Below, one piece after another: positions 25,255 to 33,445 of a stretch of 35,830 nucleotides of DNA. Both the position numbers and the translations under genes were made by a program. The stretch's first letter is position 1; every line of letters begins with the position of its first letter. The stretch comes from an uncultured bacterium (lineage in GTDB: Bacteria > Actinomycetota > UBA4738 > HRBIN12), in assembly GCA_967797495.1 (NCBI GenBank), contig CBRGMI010000001.1, positions 1 to 35,830 on the forward strand, given 5' to 3'. A model generated the notes under the pieces. The model made no database searches. It worked only from the letters and a program-made list of their open reading frames with translations, and was not told the DNA's origin.

Positions 25255-26437
25255 CCAACCGAAGAGCGTGAAGGATCTGCTCATCGAGGCGAAGGATGCC
25301 TCCGAGCTGATGGTGGACCTCGCGTACGCGGCGGTGTTCTTCAACGATGACAAGCTCGCTCGGGAGGTCGAGCGCCTCGAGGAGCGGATGAACGGGCATC
25401 TCCGCCGCCTGCGCGAGGTCGCGATGCTCGCCGCCCGCAGCCCCGAGGACGCGGAGGCGATGGCCGGCGTCCTGTGGATCGCGGGCGCCGTGGAGAAGAT
25501 CGGAGACGCCGCCTCGGACATCGGGCGCGTCATCGAGGCCCGCCTCGGGATCCCCGACGCGCTGCGGCGCGATCTCCGGCACGCCGACGAGATGACCGCA
25601 CGGGTGAAGGTCCGGGACTCGGCCCCGGTGATCGGTCGTGCGCTGCGCGAGCTCTCGCTGCCGACCGAGACGGGGATGTGGGTGATGGCGATCCGCAGCG
25701 GGATCGAGTGGCAGTTCGACCCCGGCCCCGACGACGTGCTCTCGGAGGCCGACGTCCTGCTCGTGCGGGGCCCCGAGGAGGGCGTGACCCTGCTCCGCGA
25801 GCTCGCCGGCGCGCCGGCGCGACCCCAACCCGAGGACGACGACGCCCCGCCGCTGTACGAGCTCGACCGCGCGGTCGACATCCTGGTGGAGCTGAAGGAC
25901 CTGTCCGAGGCGGCCGTCGGCCTGGCGTACTCCTCGATCCTGTTCAACAACCGTGCGCTGGCCGCCGAGGTCGGGGCGCTCGAGGCCCGGAGCGACACGC
26001 TCCACGACGAGCTCGAGTCGTGGGTGCTCCGCGCGGCGCCGGAGGCCCGGAACCCGGACGAGCTGCGCGGGCTGCTCCGGCTCGGGAGCGCGAGCGAGTC
26101 GATGGCCGACGCCGCGCGCGACCTCACCTGGTACGTCGAGCACGGCGAGCCGCTCCACCCCGTCGTCCAGATCGCGCTCGAGGAGACCGAGGAGACCTCC
26201 GCGGAGACGATGGTCGAGGCCGGGACCCCGGCCGACGGCCGGAGCCTGAAGGAGCTCCGGCTCGAGACCGAGACGGGGATGTTCGTGCTCGCGGTGCAGC
26301 GGGGCGCCCGCTGGATCTACCGGCCGCGTGGACCGTTCGTGCTGCGCGCCGGCGACCGGCTGATCGCCGTCGGACCCGAGGAGGGCGCCGAGGCGCTCGA
26401 CGCGCTGTGCCGGGTCTCGGCTCCCGCCGCGTCCTGA
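25247..26437 (+). CDS. PhoU-like plus TrkA-C (RCK C-terminal) regulatory protein, internally duplicated
   Basis: There are two copies of a helical PhoU-like segment (DLAYAAVFFNDDKLAREV... and GLAYSSILFNNRALAAEV...). Each is followed by a TrkA-C-like segment (LRELSLPTETGMWVMAIRSG... and LKELRLETETGMFVLAVQRG...). The start overlaps the upstream gene by 8 nt. Confidence 0.75.
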   Translation: MDDQPKSVKDLLIEAKDASELMVDLAYAAVFFNDDKLAREVERLEERMNGHLRRLREVAMLAARSPEDAEAMAGVLWIAGAVEKIGDAASDIGRVIEARLGIPDALRRDLRHADEMTARVKVRDSAPVIGRALRELSLPTETGMWVMAIRSGIEWQFDPGPDDVLSEADVLLVRGPEEGVTLLRELAGAPARPQPEDDDAPPLYELDRAVDILVELKDLSEAAVGLAYSSILFNNRALAAEVGALEARSDTLHDELESWVLRAAPEARNPDELRGLLRLGSASESMADAARDLTWYVEHGEPLHPVVQIALEETEETSAETMVEAGTPADGRSLKELRLETETGMFVLAVQRGARWIYRPRGPFVLRAGDRLIAVGPEEGAEALDALCRVSAPAAS

Positions 26438-26487
26438 GCCCCGCGCCGGTCCTTGCCGCGTGCGGGTCGCGGACCTAGCCTGCCTGC

Positions 26488-27051
26488 GTGGACGCCTTCG
26501 TCTACCTGCGGGTTCGTCCGGGGAGGGTCGAGGACGTGGTCGCCCAGCTCGAGAGCGTGGGTGGCGTTCGCGCGGCGGTCGCGGTCGTGGGTGCCTGGGA
26601 CGTCCTCGCGGCGGTGCAGGGTCCCGATCTGCTCGGCATCTCGGAGGAGGTCGTTCGGGGGATCCATCCGATCGAGGGCGTCGAGCGGACCATGACCGCG
26701 CCGGTCGTCCCCCGCCACGTCTCCACGTTGCCGGGCGAAGACGGGACGCGGACGCCGATCCCGATGCAGGAACCCGGACCGGCGTGCTTCGTACACGTGA
26801 AGGCCTCGCCCGGTGCGGCCGCTCGGGTCGCCGACACGATCGCCGGGGTCGAGGAGGTCTCGGCCGTCGCGATGATCGCGGGCGAGCACGACCTCATCGT
26901 CGAGATCCCGTTCCCGTGGGAACAGGCGGCGCCGGTCATCGTGAACCGGCTCCTCCCCATCGACGGCGTCCAGGACACGCGAACCCTGGTCGCGATCCTG
27001 TTCCCCGGACCCGACGAGGAGGATCGCGATCAGTTCTCCGCCTGGAGCTGA
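26488..27051 (+). CDS. tandem Lrp/AsnC-type ligand-binding (RAM) domain protein without an HTH
   Basis: AFVYLRVRPGRVEDVVAQLESVGGVRAAVAVVGAWDVLAAV and CFVHVKASPGAAARVADTIAGVEEVSAVAMIAGEHDLIVEI are two AsnC_trans_reg-like units. No DNA-binding N terminus is present. Confidence 0.65.
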   Translation: MDAFVYLRVRPGRVEDVVAQLESVGGVRAAVAVVGAWDVLAAVQGPDLLGISEEVVRGIHPIEGVERTMTAPVVPRHVSTLPGEDGTRTPIPMQEPGPACFVHVKASPGAAARVADTIAGVEEVSAVAMIAGEHDLIVEIPFPWEQAAPVIVNRLLPIDGVQDTRTLVAILFPGPDEEDRDQFSAWS

Positions 27052-27086
27052 CCCGCCCTCCGCCCGATCGGCCGACGAGGTTCGCG

Positions 27087-28007
27087 TCAGACGCGGACGT
27101 CGGAGAACCGCAGGTGTTCCTCGGTGAGGCGGAGCTCCTCGACCTCGGTCGCTCCCTGAGCCCCCAGCCAGGCGAGCAGCCGATCCACGAGTCGCTCGGG
27201 TGCCGAGGCCCCGCTCGTGAGGCCGACCACCCCCGCGCCATCGAGCCACGCCGGGTCGACCTCGGTCTCGTCGTCGACGAGGTAGGCCGGGGTCCCGAGA
27301 TCGCGCGCGACCTCGGCGAGGCGGTTGGAGTTCGACGAGTTGTCCGAGCCGATGACGAGCACGACGTCGGAGCGACGCGCCACCTCTTTGATCGCATCCT
27401 GGCGGTTCTGGGTCGCGTAGCAGATGTCTTCGCGCGGCGGTCCCTGGATCGAGGGGAACCGTTCGCGGAGCGCCTCCACGATCTCGTTGGTCTCGTCGAC
27501 CGACAGCGTGGTCTGCGTGAGATACGAGAGGTTCTCGGGATCGAGCACCTCCACCGCGCGCGCCTCGTCGACGTTCTGCACCAGGACCGTGCCGCCGGGT
27601 GCCTGGCCCGTCGTGCCGACGACCTCCTCGTGACCGGCGTGGCCGATCAGCACGATCGTCCGTCCGTGGTCGGCGAACCGCCGAGCCTCCAGGTGCACCT
27701 TCGTGACGAGCGGGCACGTCGCGTCCAGGACCGTGAGCCCCCGGCGTTCGGCGTTCGCATACACCTGCGGCGCGACCCCGTGCGCCGACAGGACGACCAC
27801 GGCACCCTCGGGCACCTCGGTTTCCTCCTCGACGAAGACCGCGCCCTTGGCCTCGAGATCGCGGACCACGTGCGCGTTGTGGACGATCTGCTTGCGCACG
27901 TAGACCGGACGGCCGTGCGTCTCGAGCGCCCGCTCGACCGCCTCGACGGCGCGCTCGACCCCCGCGCAGTAGCCGCGGGGAGCAGCGAGCAGGACCTTGG
28001 TCGGCAC
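27087..28007 (-). CDS. ispH: 4-hydroxy-3-methylbut-2-enyl diphosphate reductase
   Basis: The three cluster cysteines are in context (GYCAGVERAV, ATCPLVTKVH, DICYATQNRQ), plus SDNSSNSNRL. Confidence 0.95.
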   Translation of the reverse strand: MPTKVLLAAPRGYCAGVERAVEAVERALETHGRPVYVRKQIVHNAHVVRDLEAKGAVFVEEETEVPEGAVVVLSAHGVAPQVYANAERRGLTVLDATCPLVTKVHLEARRFADHGRTIVLIGHAGHEEVVGTTGQAPGGTVLVQNVDEARAVEVLDPENLSYLTQTTLSVDETNEIVEALRERFPSIQGPPREDICYATQNRQDAIKEVARRSDVVLVIGSDNSSNSNRLAEVARDLGTPAYLVDDETEVDPAWLDGAGVVGLTSGASAPERLVDRLLAWLGAQGATEVEELRLTEEHLRFSDVRV

Positions 28008-28032
28008 GTCCCCATGCTACGAGACGGGGCGA

Positions 28033-28049
28033 TGTGACCCCCGGTCACA
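28033..28049. promoter_or_regulatory. 17-nt perfect palindrome TGTGACC-ccc-GGTCACA upstream of ispH (candidate operator or 5' hairpin)
   Basis: The arms at 28033-28039 and 28043-28049 are exact reverse complements. The palindrome lies 26 nt upstream of the ispH GTG. The half-site GGTCACA recurs at 28204-28210 in the same intergenic region. Confidence 0.3.
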
Positions 28050-28335
28050 GCCATGTCTGAGGGCGCTGGTACGGTCGTTCGGACACAAACGGACGTTCGA
28101 GTCCGGCCCTCTCCCCTCCCCCCTCGTCGTGCATCTACCTGCCATGGGTGGCCGACGCGCGGGGTGGGGACGAGCAGGGGCTCCACGACCGATGGCGTCG
28201 ATAGGTCACACGGTGTTCGAACTCGAGGAGGTGATCCAGCACCCACGACCTACCGCGAGCCCGCTCGGCACGCCCGCTCGAGCGCGGCGCGGACCCGGTC
28301 TCCAACCCGGTCCATCGCGGGGGTGACAACCACAC

Positions 28336-28767
28336 ATGATCAGACGACCCACGATGCGTCGCGCATTCGTCGCGGCGCTCGCGAGCGCCTCGCTGTTGGC
28401 CCCGGCTACGACGGCGGCCGCCACAGAGGCGCAGATCGTCCCCGTCCGCGTCTGCAACTACGACTGGCGAGCGGGGACCTGGCACATCAAGCAGCTCATC
28501 CGATGCGCCGCTCGCAGGTGGGACAGCCCCGGAACGCCGGGGCAGGCCATCTCGGTGGCGCGGTGCGAGTCCAACCTCAACCCCCACGCCTACAACTCGG
28601 GCGGGTACGCCGGGCTGTTCCAGCAGTCGACCCGGTACTGGCCCGGACGCGCCGAGCAGTGGGGACAGGACGAACGCTCGGTGTTCAACGGGAGGGCGAA
28701 CATCATCGTCTCCGTCCGCATGGCGCACGCCGCGGGCTCATGGAGCCCGTGGGTCGGCTGCGGCTAG
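28336..28767 (+). CDS. secreted lytic transglycosylase (SLT/lysozyme-like domain)
   Basis: Signal peptide MRRAFVAALASASLLAPATTAAA, then the catalytic-Glu context ARCESNLNPHAYNSGGYAGLFQQSTRYW. Confidence 0.75.
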   Translation: MIRRPTMRRAFVAALASASLLAPATTAAATEAQIVPVRVCNYDWRAGTWHIKQLIRCAARRWDSPGTPGQAISVARCESNLNPHAYNSGGYAGLFQQSTRYWPGRAEQWGQDERSVFNGRANIIVSVRMAHAAGSWSPWVGCG

Positions 28768-28777
28768 CCCTGTCGAC

Positions 28778-28817
28778 GCGGCCGGGACCGGGATCGAACC
28801 AACCCGGTCCCGGCCGC
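28778..28817. terminator. bidirectional GC-rich stem-loop between convergent genes
   Basis: GCGGCCGGGACCGGG-atcgaaccaa-CCCGGTCCCGGCCGC: a 15-bp perfect stem with a 10-nt loop. It starts 11 nt after the transglycosylase stop and ends 6 nt before the stop of the minus-strand gene. There is no U-tract. Confidence 0.7.
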
Positions 28818-28822
28818 CGGCG

Positions 28823-29152
28823 CTAGGCGCGGACCGGGCCGCCGGGACGGTTCGACGACTTGACGGCCGCGCGGACCTGCTCGAGCGAGCCGACCGCCAC
28901 CGCCCCCGGGATCGCGCGGTCCGAGATCACGCGCAGGGCCGGGTACGCCTCCAGCGCGCGCTCGACCAGGGTCGGGAACGATCCGAACACGACGAGGACG
29001 TGCGGACGATCGCCATGCAGCTGGCGGATCGCATCATCCTCCGTCGTCGCGCCGGGCGCGAGCTCCCATTCGGCCGAGACCGCCGCTCGCTTCAGCTCGG
29101 CGAGCGCGGATCGATCCCCCGCAACGCACAGGACCTTGAGGGCTCGACACAT
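28823..29152 (-). CDS. small receiver-like (pseudo-receiver) protein
   Basis: MCRALKVLCVAGDRSALAELKR...DDAIRQLHGDRPHVLVVFGSF...RVISDR follows a CheY-like beta/alpha pattern. The phospho-acceptor Asp position (end of HVLVV) and the conserved Lys are absent. ATG at 29152 is 1 nt after the corA stop. Confidence 0.4.
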   Translation of the reverse strand: MCRALKVLCVAGDRSALAELKRAAVSAEWELAPGATTEDDAIRQLHGDRPHVLVVFGSFPTLVERALEAYPALRVISDRAIPGAVAVGSLEQVRAAVKSSNRPGGPVRA

Positions 29153-29153
29153 C

Positions 29154-30140
29154 TCAGAGCCACTCGCGCTTGCGGAAGCTCCGGTACAGCAGGAAGGCGG
29201 CCCCACCCATCAGCGCGAGCGCGAACGGGTAGCCGAATTTCCAGTCGAGCTCGGGCATGTGACGGAAGTTCATCCCGTAGATCCCGGCGATCAGCGTCGG
29301 GATCAGGATGATCGCGGCCCAGGATGTGAGCTGCTTCGTCACGACGTTCTGCCGGTTCGCGACCTGGGCGAGCTGCAGTTCCCGCGCCGAGGTGAGCAGG
29401 TCCCGAACGTTGTCGCTCAGCTCCGTCATCCGGATGACGTGATCCAGGACGTCGCGGAAGTACGGCAGGAGCGCGGGCGTCACGATCGCCGGCGTCTCGA
29501 TCAACAGGTCGACGACCTCGCGCATCGGCGATGCGAGCCGCCGGAACCGCACGACCCGCTGACGGACCCGGAAGATGCGCTGCGCGAGCGAGCGCATCGC
29601 CGATCCCTCCGACCCCTCCTCCTCGGTCGCCACGTCGTCCTCGATGTCGTCGGCCGCGTCCTCGAACCGCTCGATCAGGTCGAGGTACCCGTCGACGATC
29701 TCGTCGAGCATCAGGTACAGGAGGAACCCGATCCCCTCCTTGGAGAGCTCCGGTGCGCTCTCGAGCCGCGCCGCCACCTTGGCGAAGTCGAACTTCGGCT
29801 CGCGGCGCACGGTAGCCACGTACAGGCCCTGTCCCGCGAACAGGTGCACCTCGCGATCGACGATCTCGCCCTGCTCGTCCTGGTCGATCCCGTGCGCGAC
29901 GAGGAACAGGTGCTGCGGGTAGAAGTCGACCTTGGCGCGCTGCCCCCAGTGGCGGCTGTCGTCGATCGCGAGCTCGTGCAGGTCCAGCTTGGCCTGCAGC
30001 TCGGTGAGCTCGTCGTCGGTGGGATCGACGACGTCGATCCACACGCGCTGATCGCGTTCCCGCGCCTCCTCGATCGTCCGCGTGTCGAACGGCATCTCGC
30101 GCTTGAGCGAGCCGTCGTGGTAGACGCGACAGGTGATCAC
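29154..30140 (-). CDS. corA: CorA magnesium/cobalt transporter
   Basis: YGMNF (GMN motif) lies between the two C-terminal TM helices, with a typical acidic cytosolic N-domain. Confidence 0.9.
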   Translation of the reverse strand: MITCRVYHDGSLKREMPFDTRTIEEARERDQRVWIDVVDPTDDELTELQAKLDLHELAIDDSRHWGQRAKVDFYPQHLFLVAHGIDQDEQGEIVDREVHLFAGQGLYVATVRREPKFDFAKVAARLESAPELSKEGIGFLLYLMLDEIVDGYLDLIERFEDAADDIEDDVATEEEGSEGSAMRSLAQRIFRVRQRVVRFRRLASPMREVVDLLIETPAIVTPALLPYFRDVLDHVIRMTELSDNVRDLLTSARELQLAQVANRQNVVTKQLTSWAAIILIPTLIAGIYGMNFRHMPELDWKFGYPFALALMGGAAFLLYRSFRKREWL

Positions 30141-30230
30141 GGCGGGGCGAGCCTATCGCAGCGCCTCCGTCGCACGAGCGTTCCAGGACGGCTCGGCGGG
30201 GACACGCGCATCGGCTGCGAAGATGGCCGC

Positions 30231-30998
30231 GTGGCGGACCTCGAACCGCTCCTCGCCTTCTGGCGGGCCCTCGACGACCTGTTCGAGCGCACGGAGGCTC
30301 GATGGTGGGGCGCCGTCGTCTCGGACGCTCGCTTCCCGGCGATCCAGGAGCCGAACTATGCGAGGGTCGAGACCCGACAGCCGGTCCGGCTCGAGGAGAT
30401 CGAGGGATCGCTCCTTCCCGCCATGCGCGCGAGCGGCAGCGAGCGCTCCCACGTCGTGGTCTTCCACCCCGAAGACCAGACGGACCTGATCGCCGCCGCG
30501 AGCACCCGCGGCGAACGGATCGTCTGGGACCTGGCGATGGTGGCCACCGGGCGCGAGGTCGAGCCCATGGGCGAGGTCGAGGAGGTCTCGGCGTTCGACG
30601 GGCGGTTCTGGTCCGACCACCGGGACTCGGCGCGGCTGTTCGACATCTCGGACGCAGACACGCTCGACCAGCTGCAGACGATGGAGCGCGACGTCCTGAT
30701 CCCGGCCGGCCGCCGCTGGTTCACCGTGATCGACGGCGGCCGTCGGGTCGCGCTCGCGGCGGTCCTGGTGCTCGAGCGCACCGGGTTCGTCGATCACGTC
30801 GTCACGTTCCCCGGCGCGCGACGTCGCGGGCACGCGGAGATGCTCACGCGGCGGTGCGTCTGGGAAGCCACAGGGATGGGCGCGGACCGCGTCTACCTGC
30901 TCGCCGAGCCAGACGGCGACGCGGTGCGCATCTACGACCGGATCGGGTTCGAGCGCGTCGGGTATCTCGCGAGCTGGCTGGCGCCCAGGGGCCCGTGA
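30231..30998 (+). CDS. GNAT-family N-acetyltransferase
   Basis: The C-terminal sequence VVTFPGARRRGHAEMLTRRCVWEATGMGADRVYLLAEPDGDAVRIYDRIGFERVG contains the acetyl-CoA-binding motif A (R/Q-x-x-G-x-A/G). The GTG at 30231 is chosen as the first sensible start in the frame, and the start is uncertain. Confidence 0.65.
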   Translation: MADLEPLLAFWRALDDLFERTEARWWGAVVSDARFPAIQEPNYARVETRQPVRLEEIEGSLLPAMRASGSERSHVVVFHPEDQTDLIAAASTRGERIVWDLAMVATGREVEPMGEVEEVSAFDGRFWSDHRDSARLFDISDADTLDQLQTMERDVLIPAGRRWFTVIDGGRRVALAAVLVLERTGFVDHVVTFPGARRRGHAEMLTRRCVWEATGMGADRVYLLAEPDGDAVRIYDRIGFERVGYLASWLAPRGP

Positions 30999-31018
30999 CC
31001 GGGCGCCGGTGGTGGGCG

Positions 31019-32569
31019 TCAGCGGCGACCGGCCATGCCGACCCCGATCTCGATCGGGCCCCCGAGGGTCCGCCCCAGCAGGGCCGCCGCCGAGCGGGCC
31101 TCCGCGACCGCGGCGTCCGGGTTGTCCGAGCCGGAGATCACGATGTTGACCGTGCCGTCGCGCGGGTCGGTCGCGACCTCGAGCCGGTCGCCCTCGGGCC
31201 CACGTCCGATCGCGTGCGCGATCCGCAGGAGGCCCACGAGCAGCACGACGGCCTCGCGCTCCGCGTCGGACAGGGCCGCGAACGCCGGGTACACCGGGCG
31301 CGGGTCCTTGCCTCGGTGGAACCGGACGAGGGAGGCGATCATGGCGATCTCGTCGGGGGGGAACCCGCGCAGGCCGGCGTTCTCGACCAGGTAGGCACCG
31401 TGCTTGTGCAACCGGGCCGGCGAGATCCGTCCACCGATCTCGTGAAGCCGCGCGGCGTGACCGAGCAGCTCGCGCTCGAGCACCCCCAGACCGTGAAGCT
31501 CGGCAATGTCGTCGAACAGCCGCTGGGCGATCCGGGCGACCACGTCCACATGCCGTCGGTTCTCACCCCATGCGCGGACCAGCCGGTCGACCGATCGACG
31601 CCGGAGCTCGCCCGGCGACGCGGTCGGGCGGGCGGCGAGCCCCAGCGCGTCGAGCACCGCCCCCTCGCGCAGGCCCCATTCGGAGTGCACGAGGCGCTTC
31701 GCGCCGAGCTCGGCGGCGGCGCTCGTCAGGATCCAACCGCCTGCCGGCAGGAGCTCCGCGCGACGCTCGTCCACCCCGGGCACGCGCAGGCGCTCGGCGA
31801 GCGACAGGGAGGCGAGCTCCCGGGTCAGGTCGCGGAGCTCGGACACGGTGACCTCGTACTGGTTGAGCGAGGCCGGCGGGGTCCCCCACCGGCGCGTCGC
31901 GAGGACCCGCGCGAGGGCGCCCGCCGTGCCGCCGCTCGCCACGCACCGAGCCGGCTCGGCCGCCGCGACATCCTCGACGAGCGGAGACACGGTCTCCTGG
32001 ACCGCGGCCCGCACCGCCTTGCGTTCCTCCCGCGTCGGCGGGTCGCGGGTGACCAGCAGGCCGGTCATGCGACCGGCGCCGATCGGGAGGCTCCTGCCCC
32101 ACCGCAGGCCCTCGGGGCCCGCGAGCGCGACCTCGAGGCTCCCCCCGCCCAGATCGAGGAGCAGCGTCGGACCCTCGCCGAGCGCGACGCTCGCCGCCAC
32201 GCCCGCGAAGGTGAGGCGGGCCTCTTCGCGCCCGTCGATGAACCGCACCTCCGTTCCGACCGCGCCCTCAAGCAGCGACGCCAGCGCGTCGCGATCGGGG
32301 CTGTCCCGCAGGGCGCTGGTAGCGAGCGGGACGACGTGGTCGGCCCCCATCCGGACCGCGAGGTCGGCGAGACGCCGAGCGGTCTCGGCGGCGCGGTCGG
32401 CGACGTCCTCGGGGATCCGGCCCCGCCCGGCGAGCACTCTCCCGAGGTTCAGGACGACGCGGTCGCGTAACACCGGGGTGAGCGAGCCTTGCGTGTCCGC
32501 ATCCGCGACGAGGAGCTGGAAGGTGGTGCTGCCCAGATCGAGCACGGCGAAGCGCGTGTCGGAGGCCAC
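31019..32569 (-). CDS. ppx: exopolyphosphatase / guanosine pentaphosphate phosphohydrolase (Ppx/GppA) with a C-terminal HD-like domain
   Basis: AVLDLGSTTFQLLV, LLLDLGGGSLEV and the ASKHA-fold pattern, plus the C-terminal HEIG...HKHGAYLV HD-type segment. The GTG start is 3 nt after the upstream stop. Confidence 0.9.
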   Translation of the reverse strand: MASDTRFAVLDLGSTTFQLLVADADTQGSLTPVLRDRVVLNLGRVLAGRGRIPEDVADRAAETARRLADLAVRMGADHVVPLATSALRDSPDRDALASLLEGAVGTEVRFIDGREEARLTFAGVAASVALGEGPTLLLDLGGGSLEVALAGPEGLRWGRSLPIGAGRMTGLLVTRDPPTREERKAVRAAVQETVSPLVEDVAAAEPARCVASGGTAGALARVLATRRWGTPPASLNQYEVTVSELRDLTRELASLSLAERLRVPGVDERRAELLPAGGWILTSAAAELGAKRLVHSEWGLREGAVLDALGLAARPTASPGELRRRSVDRLVRAWGENRRHVDVVARIAQRLFDDIAELHGLGVLERELLGHAARLHEIGGRISPARLHKHGAYLVENAGLRGFPPDEIAMIASLVRFHRGKDPRPVYPAFAALSDAEREAVVLLVGLLRIAHAIGRGPEGDRLEVATDPRDGTVNIVISGSDNPDAAVAEARSAAALLGRTLGGPIEIGVGMAGRR

Positions 32570-32572
32570 GTG

Positions 32573-33445
32573 CTAGCCGGGCGGCGCCGGCAGGTAGTGC
32601 GCGGCTACGATCCGTTCGCCCTCCCGGTCCAGGACCCAGACCGAGCCCTTGGCGATCCCGCGGGCGCCCTCGATCGTCGCGCCGCCGGCCTCGATCCGAT
32701 CGATCATCGACCGGATCTCGGTGCCGTGACCACAGACGACCGTCGGGCGGTCGCCGAACGTCGCGAGAGCACGCAGCAACTCGTCCACGCTCGCGCCCTC
32801 GCGCAACTCGGTGGCGACCTCGACCGGGAGCCCACGAGCTTCGGCGAGGGGCTCCACGGTCTGGAGGCACCGGACGAACGGGCTGGACAGGACGCGCTCG
32901 ATCTTCAGGTCGCGGAACCACCCGACGAGGCGGCGCGCCTGCTTCCTCCCCCGTCGGGTGAGAGGCCGCTCCTCGTCGGGACCGGACCACGCCTCGCGGA
33001 CCCCGGCCTTGGCGTGTCGAACGACGTAGAGCGCGGACGCGGAGGCCGGCGCGCCCGTCGCGACCCGCCGCAACATCGTGCGGTCGTGCGGATAGGTCAG
33101 CAGCCGCACCGCGTCCTCGACGGCGACCCATCGAAGCTCGTCCACCTCGCGGTTCGGAGCGAACCCCCCGCCGTCCGCATCCATCTGGAAGTACCGAACG
33201 ACCTTGACCCGGCCTCGACGGTCCAGGTAGGTCACGGCGCCGACGCTCGGCCCGAGGTGGCACCGCAGGCCGGTCTCCTCCTCCACCTCGCGCAGGGCCG
33301 CCGTCGCCTCGTCCTCGCCGTCCTCGAGTTTGCCCTTGGGGAACGACCAATCGTCGTACCGCGGACGGTGCACCAGGGCCACCGATCGGTCGCCCCGCTC
33401 GCCCCGCAGGACGATGCCTCCGGCCGCGCGGACGGGTCGGCTCAC
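32573..33445 (-). CDS. Nudix hydrolase fused to a SixA-type histidine phosphatase (MutT1-like)
   Basis: Nudix box GKLEDGEDEATAALREVEEETGL. The second half starts with LYVVRHAKAG (RHG-type motif) and contains VCGHG. The GTG at 33445 overlaps the upstream stop (GTGA). Confidence 0.85.
   Translation of the reverse strand: MSRPVRAAGGIVLRGERGDRSVALVHRPRYDDWSFPKGKLEDGEDEATAALREVEEETGLRCHLGPSVGAVTYLDRRGRVKVVRYFQMDADGGGFAPNREVDELRWVAVEDAVRLLTYPHDRTMLRRVATGAPASASALYVVRHAKAGVREAWSGPDEERPLTRRGRKQARRLVGWFRDLKIERVLSSPFVRCLQTVEPLAEARGLPVEVATELREGASVDELLRALATFGDRPTVVCGHGTEIRSMIDRIEAGGATIEGARGIAKGSVWVLDREGERIVAAHYLPAPPG

Noticed and set aside
26317-28037. 466-aa minus-strand and 525-aa plus-strand ORFs spanning the Lrp-like gene and ispH
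   Set aside because: They overlap confidently identified genes in other frames or strands, and their composition is low complexity.
28008-28335. Cyclic-di-AMP (ydaO-type) riboswitch upstream of the transglycosylase gene
   Set aside because: Such riboswitches often precede actinobacterial cell-wall hydrolase genes. I could not find the conserved core elements I recall (GGGGUGAAUC-like, CCGAAUCC-like, AGCUAACC-like) on either strand. An Infernal scan is still worthwhile.
28778-28817. tRNA fragment or att-like remnant, because of GGGATCGAACC in the loop region
   Set aside because: The motif resembles a reverse-strand T-loop. However, the flanks form one continuous 15-bp stem with a 10-nt loop, with no acceptor, D or anticodon arms. 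It fits better as a terminator hairpin.
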